Made by a program: the position numbers and the translations under genes. Under the pieces are notes generated by a model. It was not told the origin of the DNA. It searched no databases and was given only the letters and a program-made list of their open reading frames with translations. DNA of 64,000 nt from Planctomycetota bacterium (lineage in GTDB: Bacteria > Planctomycetota > MHYJ01 > JACQXL01 > JACRIJ01): assembly GCA_016220095.1 (NCBI GenBank), contig JACRIJ010000048.1:5296-69295 (forward strand). The letters run 5' to 3'. This document shows, one piece after another, positions 57,834 to 64,000 of the stretch; within the stretch, counting starts at the first letter, position 1; each line of letters starts with the position of its first letter.

Positions 57834-58932
57834 TTTTCATCCATCTCTTTTCAATTATGTTGGTTAAAAGATATTCCGCTTGCTTTGCATCACGTCCTCC
57901 CTTGGCATAACAGTCCAGATATGCCTGAATATTAGAAACTGTCTTTATGCTGTCAAATCTATTGGAATACATCGCCACGCCTTTATCATAAGGACTAAAG
58001 AAAAGAAAATCAGGGCCTTTCCCTTTTTCATCCGTTGCGGCAAATTTACGCAATTCACCGTATGCGCCAGGATTCATTACATATACATCAATCCTGTCAA
58101 TATTAACAAATGGCGCTGTAAAATTAGCCGCCGCGGAGCCAGTAAGAACAAAATCCGCATCAGGAAACTTCAGCATCAGCCCGTTTAATGACGTTTTTAA
58201 GTCGAAGTCAAATGAATTTTTGCAGAGCCAGGAACTCCGGAGCATCCATTTGTATCGTTCCTGGTATTTTTCCGCCCATTTGAAAAGAAGCCTGTTGGGC
58301 TCAGGAATCGCGATTTTCATTCCATCTCTGCGTACCAATAATGCCTCATCCAGAGAATCAATGGTCTTTGATACAGAGGAAAGACTGATTTGAAAATATT
58401 TATCCCTGCCCTGTTCAAGCGATTCTTTTAGTAATTCCTGATATATATCACCTACTAACCATTTCCGGCCCGGATTATTAAGCAATACACGAAGAACTCT
58501 TGAAGAAACTCCGCTAAATGGATTACGCAGTAATCGAGGCGTTTTAAAGATATTAGGACGGCCTAAACGTTGAATTAATACTTTTCCGGGTATTCCGATA
58601 GAAATATTCCCGCACATATCTATGAAGCCGACATTGTTTTCCTGGCAATACTTTTGGCTTTCCAGCGGCAGGTATGGGCATACTAAAATATATAGATTCG
58701 TTGAATTACTTAAATTAAACTTTATAAGCCAGGGGGCGATTTCTTTTAATATTTTAGGAGTAATTTGGGTTTTTATTTCACCATATAGTAATATTTTTGT
58801 TCCTGAAAAATCCAAACAAATTGCCACATCAGGTCGAGCACTTATGTTCGGGCTGTTCCGCCATGATTCGGGTTCAATACTTATAACTTTAATGCCAGAC
58901 AATCCATTAAACGGCTCGCCTTTATTAAGCAA
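57826..58932 (-). CDS. Putative AbiEi-like antitoxin/regulator with a PD-(D/E)xK-like N-terminal domain, a wHTH and a C-terminal GS...DxD segment
   Basis: 368 aa. The N-terminal domain reads PDVAICLDFSG...LYGEIKTQ. The central wHTH-like segment is SSRVLRVLLNNPGRKWLVGDIYQEL. The C-terminal segment is FVLTGSAAANFTAPFVNIDRIDVYV. Confidence 0.4.
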   Translation of the reverse strand: MLNKGEPFNGLSGIKVISIEPESWRNSPNISARPDVAICLDFSGTKILLYGEIKTQITPKILKEIAPWLIKFNLSNSTNLYILVCPYLPLESQKYCQENNVGFIDMCGNISIGIPGKVLIQRLGRPNIFKTPRLLRNPFSGVSSRVLRVLLNNPGRKWLVGDIYQELLKESLEQGRDKYFQISLSSVSKTIDSLDEALLVRRDGMKIAIPEPNRLLFKWAEKYQERYKWMLRSSWLCKNSFDFDLKTSLNGLMLKFPDADFVLTGSAAANFTAPFVNIDRIDVYVMNPGAYGELRKFAATDEKGKGPDFLFFSPYDKGVAMYSNRFDSIKTVSNIQAYLDCYAKGGRDAKQAEYLLTNIIEKRWMKND

Positions 58933-59100
58933 TTCTACAAAACGGATTTAAGATTTAAGACTTACGATGTAAGATTTTTTCGGCGTATCTTCATAAAATT
59001 TTAATTCTTAAATCCAAAATCTTAAATCTTCAGGCCTGCCCCCCTGCGTTTTTGACCCCGTTTTCAGACATCCCGATTTTTTGACCGAAGTAGAAAATTC

Positions 59101-59128
59101 TTGACAACATTTTTGACTTTGGTATAAT
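59101..59128 (+). promoter_or_regulatory. Sigma-70 promoter of the ATPase gene
   Basis: The sequence is TTGACA, a 16-bp spacer and TATAAT. An RBS aggag precedes the ATG at 59155. Confidence 0.6.
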
Positions 59129-59154
59129 ATTCCGGATATAGGAGATTTCTTGAA

Positions 59155-60333
59155 ATGCTTAAAAGATACCTGGAGAAACGCATCGTTGAAGACCTCAGGG
59201 AAAAAATGGTGTTTATTGCCGGACCAAGGCAGGTTGGCAAGACAACGCTCGCTCTGGAGATAGGCAAACTGCATTTTTATGACAAAACATCGTATCTGAA
59301 TTGGGATGACAGGGGAGACAGGAAAAAGATGCTGGAAGAAACGTTCAACCCTGAACACGAATTCATCGTGTATGATGAAATACATAAATACAGACATTGG
59401 AAAAATTATCTTAAAGGTATTTACGACAAGAACAAATCAAGGTTCAAAATAGCCGTTACCGGAAGTGCGCGGCTTGATATATTCCGTCGGGGCGGGGATT
59501 CCCTTATTGGCAAGTACAGGCTTTTCCGTCTGCACCCATTGTCCTTGAATGAACTGATTGGCAGACATTCTGATACGGCGCCGTTTGAACAACTCAGGTT
59601 TTCGCCCGTAGTCAGGGAGGCTGCTGACGCGTTTGCGCGTCTCTTTAAGTTCGGTGGTTTTCCTGAAATTTGTCTTAAGGGCAGTGAGCGAGCGTTAAGA
59701 TTATGGCATAACGAACGCGTTGACAGGCTAATTAAAGGTGAAATCAGGGATTTGGAGAACATCAGGGACCTCTCTGCCCTGCAGGTTATGACCGAACTTA
59801 TGCCGGACAAGGTCGGGTCGCTTTTCTCGTTGAACTCGCTCAGCGAAGATCTCAGCGTCGCGCATAAAACCGCCATGCTATGGCTTGACATCCTGGAAAG
59901 ATTCTATTTCTCCTACAGAATTCGTTCGTTCAGAGGCAGTAAAATTAAATCACTGCGAAAAGCCCCGAAGGTTTATTTGTGGGATTGGTCGGATATCAAG
60001 AACGAAGCCATAAGGTTTGAAAACAATATTGCGTCGCATCTGCTGAAATTTTGTCATTACCTCAACGACGCCGAGGGTTACAAAGCGGAACTTCATTTTC
60101 TCCGTGATATTGACGGCCGGAAGGTGGATTTCCTTGTCGCAGTGGATGGAAAGCCGTGGTTCTGCGTGGAAACGAAGACGCAATACAAAACTATACCCTC
60201 CGGACTAAGATATTTCGTTTCGCGGTTGAATATTCCGTATGCCTATCAGGTGGTGAGAGAGGCGGGCGTGGATGAACTGAAAGACGGCATAAGGACAATA
60301 AGCGCGGATAAATTTCTGACAGCCCTTTGTTAA
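59155..60333 (+). CDS. AAA_14/DUF4143-family ATPase
   Basis: 392 aa with a Walker A motif GPRQVGKTT. The architecture is typical of the widespread ATPase plus DUF4143 family. Confidence 0.75.
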   Translation: MLKRYLEKRIVEDLREKMVFIAGPRQVGKTTLALEIGKLHFYDKTSYLNWDDRGDRKKMLEETFNPEHEFIVYDEIHKYRHWKNYLKGIYDKNKSRFKIAVTGSARLDIFRRGGDSLIGKYRLFRLHPLSLNELIGRHSDTAPFEQLRFSPVVREAADAFARLFKFGGFPEICLKGSERALRLWHNERVDRLIKGEIRDLENIRDLSALQVMTELMPDKVGSLFSLNSLSEDLSVAHKTAMLWLDILERFYFSYRIRSFRGSKIKSLRKAPKVYLWDWSDIKNEAIRFENNIASHLLKFCHYLNDAEGYKAELHFLRDIDGRKVDFLVAVDGKPWFCVETKTQYKTIPSGLRYFVSRLNIPYAYQVVREAGVDELKDGIRTISADKFLTALC

Positions 60334-60649
60334 GCTTCCGGGAACCAGCAAAGGTCTGGCATCCGCGTCTAATTAACCAGAATAACCTAAAAGTGAATTG
60401 CTGAGCCCTCCGAAGCCAAGGGCGAAGGAGGGAAGGCATGCCCCCTTGCGCTCTTTCGACGAAGGAGGAAGAAGGAAAAATGGAGAATGAAGGACGTACG
60501 GAACGCAAGAATGATAGAATGGCAGGATGATAGAATGTTTTGTAAAAATCTCAATTCTTAAATCTAAAATCTTAAATTTTGAGCCTTGCCTTTTACGCCT
60601 GCTCTTCAAAAAATATTTTTCTTGACAAATACAGGAAAGAGGTGGTAAA

Positions 60650-60799
60650 ATGCCTAATGTTGATCCTGTCCAGCACTTGTATCTTGGATTTCTCTATGCC
60701 AAGATAAATAATCATGAAGGTGCAGTGGATGAACATAATATTTTAAAGGGTTTGGATAAACATTTAGCAGACGATTTGTTCGGTCTTTTTCTTAAGAAA
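60650..60799 (+). CDS. Small 49-aa ORF with promoter-like repeat module R7 upstream (tentative)
   Basis: The upstream sequence reads TTGACAAATACAGGAAAGAGGTGGTAAAATG. It lies directly before the TPR gene pair. Confidence 0.25.
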
Positions 60800-60815
60800 T
60801 GATAAAGATAATGCT

Positions 60816-62069
60816 ATGATAACGTCACAAGATATTATAGTGAAATATAAGTATAATTATTTAGTTGCTTTACAATTCATAAGTGCAGGAATAGGAATCC
60901 TTGTCGCTCTGTTCACGTTACTGCCGTTGTATATTGCAGTCGTATCCGCACTGTGCATTATTTTCGCAATAGTCCTTTTATTTATATGGATTTTCGCAGA
61001 CGCGGCAGAAATCCATATAAATGCCGGAGAAATCACTTTTTATTCAGATCTCGATGCTTTTGCGGTCATTAATATTGCTGGAATTGAACGATTCGTGCTG
61101 GTTAAATTTATGCGGATATATTGTTTAAAAATCGAGGATCCGAGCATATCCATTGACTCGCAGTATACTCCGTTAAAATACAAGCTAATCTTTTGGCTTA
61201 ACAGGAAAATATTTAAAACGCCGGGTGTCATAAAAATATCAGGGGCGTCTTTGCCGGCCGACGCGCTTTTGGAACAAATTAACGAAATAAGCCCCGTTTT
61301 GTATAACAACAGCTATTACAGTGACATCAAGGCATCCCTGTTTCCGTTCGTAGCATATCGTAATGGCTTCGGGCTGGCGCGGATATTTGCCGTCATTTTT
61401 TTCGTATTGCTTGCGGGATTATTGCCTATTGGCTTTTTCGTGCAGATTCAGGAATCCGTCTGGCAGAAAAAGTATGATAAAGCGCTTGAATCTTATGAAA
61501 ACGGAAATTTAGAAGATGCCGGACAATATGCCAAAGAAGCCCTGGATACCGCAAAAAATTCAATAACTCTGCGGGACAGCGATGAACCTTTATATTCAAT
61601 GCTGCTTTCCGCGGACATTTATTACGATCAAAATAAACTTGCGGAGGCCGAACCGATTTTTAGGGAATTGCTCGCAAAATACGAGAAAAAAGATTCTCAA
61701 TTTCATACATTTATAGGAAAATATTCTTTTTTAACGGCGGAATCCTGTTTCGCGCAAGGGAAGCTTGATGAAGCAGAAATCTTTTATAACAAGGCCTTGA
61801 CTGCTCAGAATTACAGCTATTGGGCTGACAAGCTGATGCTCGCGAAGCTCTTGCGTTCGCTTGGAGTAATATACTGCCGTAAGGGAAATCTGCTCAAATC
61901 AGAAGAATTGCTTAACAAAGCCTTGAATATCTATGAAACTAATTCCGGCACTGATGAAGATACCGTTGAAGTGTTGAAAAACCTTGCTGAAACATATAAA
62001 AAAATGGGAAAGCCGGACCAATCTGAAATGATGTTGGAAAGGGCTGAAGGAATTCTTTCGGAGGATTAA
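60816..62069 (+). CDS. Membrane protein with N-terminal TM helices, a bacterial-PH-like region and C-terminal TPR repeats
   Basis: 417 aa. The product is AT-rich and is a paralog of the next gene. Confidence 0.6.
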   Translation: MITSQDIIVKYKYNYLVALQFISAGIGILVALFTLLPLYIAVVSALCIIFAIVLLFIWIFADAAEIHINAGEITFYSDLDAFAVINIAGIERFVLVKFMRIYCLKIEDPSISIDSQYTPLKYKLIFWLNRKIFKTPGVIKISGASLPADALLEQINEISPVLYNNSYYSDIKASLFPFVAYRNGFGLARIFAVIFFVLLAGLLPIGFFVQIQESVWQKKYDKALESYENGNLEDAGQYAKEALDTAKNSITLRDSDEPLYSMLLSADIYYDQNKLAEAEPIFRELLAKYEKKDSQFHTFIGKYSFLTAESCFAQGKLDEAEIFYNKALTAQNYSYWADKLMLAKLLRSLGVIYCRKGNLLKSEELLNKALNIYETNSGTDEDTVEVLKNLAETYKKMGKPDQSEMMLERAEGILSED

Positions 62070-62074
62070 CTCAG

Positions 62075-63385
62075 GTGTATCCAAGCAGTAATGCCGCAAT
62101 TGCAGGCAATAATAACGAAATAGTCGTTAAACCGCAGAGGAATGCGCTCAGGATGGCATTGATTGTTTTTCTTCTGGTTTTCTCGGCCATGATAGTATAT
62201 TTGAGCCGTATTGAAGTTTACAATGAAGCTTCCGGTGTAGGATTCGGAATCATCTTTCTTGTAGCCCTTGGCGAGTTATGCCGAAGCATCTTAAGAAAAC
62301 CCAAATATTATGTCATTAATGAAATCGGCATCACCTGCCAAACCAAAACAACAAAAATATATACACTAAAATGGCAAGATATCACCGAAATAAAAATAAT
62401 TCAGCAGGTATTTCTTTATTCGCTCGGCATATCCGCGCGGAACTACCGTATGATATCAGGAAAACTTGGATTAAGCGGAAAAATTGTAGCATTCATGAAT
62501 AAACTTAATTTTCAGACGCCTATAGTAATACAACTGTTCGGTGCATCAGTGCCAATGCGGGATGTGCTGTCATTCATCGGTAATTTTTATGAAAGGCCGC
62601 TGGGGCTTTGTTACGGGAATATAGCATGCAATCCTCCGATAATTCGTCTTTACCAGAAATTCATAAAACCGTACAAAATGCTTTCTTACGCATGTATAAT
62701 ATTTTTTGTTGTCCTTTTGATTTTCGGGGTTTTAAGCCTGTACGAAGATGCTGTATGGAAAAAAGATTATCTGAAGGCAAACGCATATTACGAACAAAAA
62801 GATTATAAAAACGCCGAGGAGTATGCGCAAAAAATTCTGGATTTCACCAGGAAACGTATAATCATTGGCGGAGTTGAAAAGAATTTAAATATGCGGGATT
62901 CAATGGCACTCCTTGCGAATTCCCTCAGAATGCAGGACAAGCATTTTGACGCTCAGAGGATATATAAGCGGATATTGACCGGTCTTGAAAGTAATTTTAG
63001 CATAACCAATGCGGCGGTCGGCCAGTATTCGTACGCCTTGGGAGATGAGTATCTTTTGTTAAATGATTACATTAAAGCTGAAGTTTACTTGAAACGGTCA
63101 TTACTGTCGCATGATTACAATAAATGGGCTACGGATGAAGAAATCGCATATATTTCAAATGGGCTTGGCGTAATCTATATGGAACAGGGGGACTATAAAG
63201 AATCTGAAATCATGCTGACTAAATCACTGAAGATTTACGAAGGCATGAAAAATGAAAGCAATAATTTTGATACGGCTACAATAATGCTTAATCTTGCGGA
63301 TTTGTATTTCAGAACGGGGCGTAATGTCGAAGCACAGGCATTGACTAACCGCGCCAACGAAATTAAAACGAACATGAAATACTAA
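62075..63385 (+). CDS. Membrane TPR protein, paralog of the 60816-62069 product
   Basis: 436 aa with the same architecture. Confidence 0.6.
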   Translation: MYPSSNAAIAGNNNEIVVKPQRNALRMALIVFLLVFSAMIVYLSRIEVYNEASGVGFGIIFLVALGELCRSILRKPKYYVINEIGITCQTKTTKIYTLKWQDITEIKIIQQVFLYSLGISARNYRMISGKLGLSGKIVAFMNKLNFQTPIVIQLFGASVPMRDVLSFIGNFYERPLGLCYGNIACNPPIIRLYQKFIKPYKMLSYACIIFFVVLLIFGVLSLYEDAVWKKDYLKANAYYEQKDYKNAEEYAQKILDFTRKRIIIGGVEKNLNMRDSMALLANSLRMQDKHFDAQRIYKRILTGLESNFSITNAAVGQYSYALGDEYLLLNDYIKAEVYLKRSLLSHDYNKWATDEEIAYISNGLGVIYMEQGDYKESEIMLTKSLKIYEGMKNESNNFDTATIMLNLADLYFRTGRNVEAQALTNRANEIKTNMKY

Positions 63386-63698
63386 GGGACAAGGGGTCAG
63401 AACTTCAATTTTCACTTTTGCAATACGCATCATAGCAATCTCTCATGGATTTTCAAATATTTTTTATTTCATTTGCAATGCATCAGACTAAGTGGTCTAC
63501 GCATTGTTTTGCACAGGCTAACTCCGAAGGAGTGAAAGCGTATAGGCGGGCGCGTTAAAAAACGACAATGGGTCAGGCCTGAATGACATGAAGATAGCAC
63601 ATAACCATTTGGACGACAATATAGTATAAAAGAAAAGGTCTCCTTTAGCCGATAAAGGAAGTATCAAACAAACCCTTTATCTAAAAGGAGACCTATCT

Positions 63699-64000
63699 AT
63701 GTTAAGTATCGGCAATTGTGTGGAAACACTTGCGAAAAAATATCACAATTCTTTCGGTCTTCCCTTCCGAAACCATCTGTCTAAAGTAGACATCCAATCT
63801 GTCGTCCGTACAAGCAATATTTCATGGAGAGAGCGTGTTTTTTCGCCCTCGGTTACTATTTGGGCGATGCTTTCCCAAGTTCTTGATTCCGATAGGGCTT
63901 GTCGCCTGGTTTCTGCCCGGGTAGCCGCATATCTGGTTTCTGAAGGCAAGCCGGCGTGTTCGGATGATCCCAGCGCTTACTGCCAGGCTCGCAAGCGGCT
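63699..64000 (+). mobile_element. IS4-family DDE transposase gene, 5' part, truncated by the window end
   Basis: It has the RBS aaaggag. The N-terminus is MLSIGNCVETLAKKYHNSFGLPFRNHLSKVDIQSVVRTSNISWRERVFSPSVTIWAMLSQVLDSDRACRLVSARVAAYLVSEGKPACSDDPSAYCQARKR, which is typical of IS4-type transposases. Confidence 0.7.

Noticed and set aside
59008-59397. 129-aa minus-strand ORF overlapping the start of the AAA ATPase gene
   Set aside because: It is antisense to a gene with a strong sigma-70 promoter, an RBS and a Walker A motif. It has no features of its own.

Overview
The whole window is read mostly on the minus strand from a bacterial chromosome. Taxon is not determinable; the flagellar gene order looks Firmicutes/spirochete-like.

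(1) Coordinates 1-19568 hold one tightly packed flagellar super-operon read right to left: flgB-flgC-fliE-fliF-fliG-fliH-fliI-fliJ-ylxF-like-fliK-flgD-TIGR02530-like-flgE-flbD-motA-motB-fliL-fliN-fliO/Z-fliP-fliQ-fliR-flhB-flhA. flhA runs off the left edge. No fliM is present.

(2) The operon is driven by a textbook sigma-54 promoter at 19727-19742. Upstream lies a cytoplasmic histidine kinase plus a sigma-54-dependent NtrC-type response regulator (FleS/FleR-like), then a FlgN-like gene, a large TPR protein and a MerR regulator.

(3) Next come a 1182-aa surface lipoprotein behind a clean sigma-70 promoter, an MFS transporter, dodecin, guaB, a small lipoprotein and proS.

(4) After those comes a HEAT-repeat exported protein. 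Directly upstream of it is a 4210-aa cell-surface giant built from beta-propeller blades, IPT/TIG domains and PKD-like domains, with an unusual C-terminal anchor.

(5) Upstream of the giant is what I consider the most interesting module. It has two paralogous 71/72-aa proteins, each with its own sigma-54 promoter, a conserved TTCATAC direct-repeat UAS and a conserved structured 3' RNA element. They sit next to a TPR-sensor sigma-54 enhancer-binding protein.

(6) tRNA-Arg(CCT) follows, then an AT-rich accessory island. The island carries an AbiEi/AbiEii-like pair (the toxin is split by a frameshift in an A7 tract), an AAA_14/DUF4143 ATPase, two paralogous membrane TPR proteins and a truncated IS4-family transposase.

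(7) Almost every intergenic gap is assembled from one shared vocabulary of at least 8 short dispersed repeat modules, including a MITE-like palindromic element and a G-quadruplex-prone palindrome.

Coordinates of CDS follow the ORF track and include stop codons.
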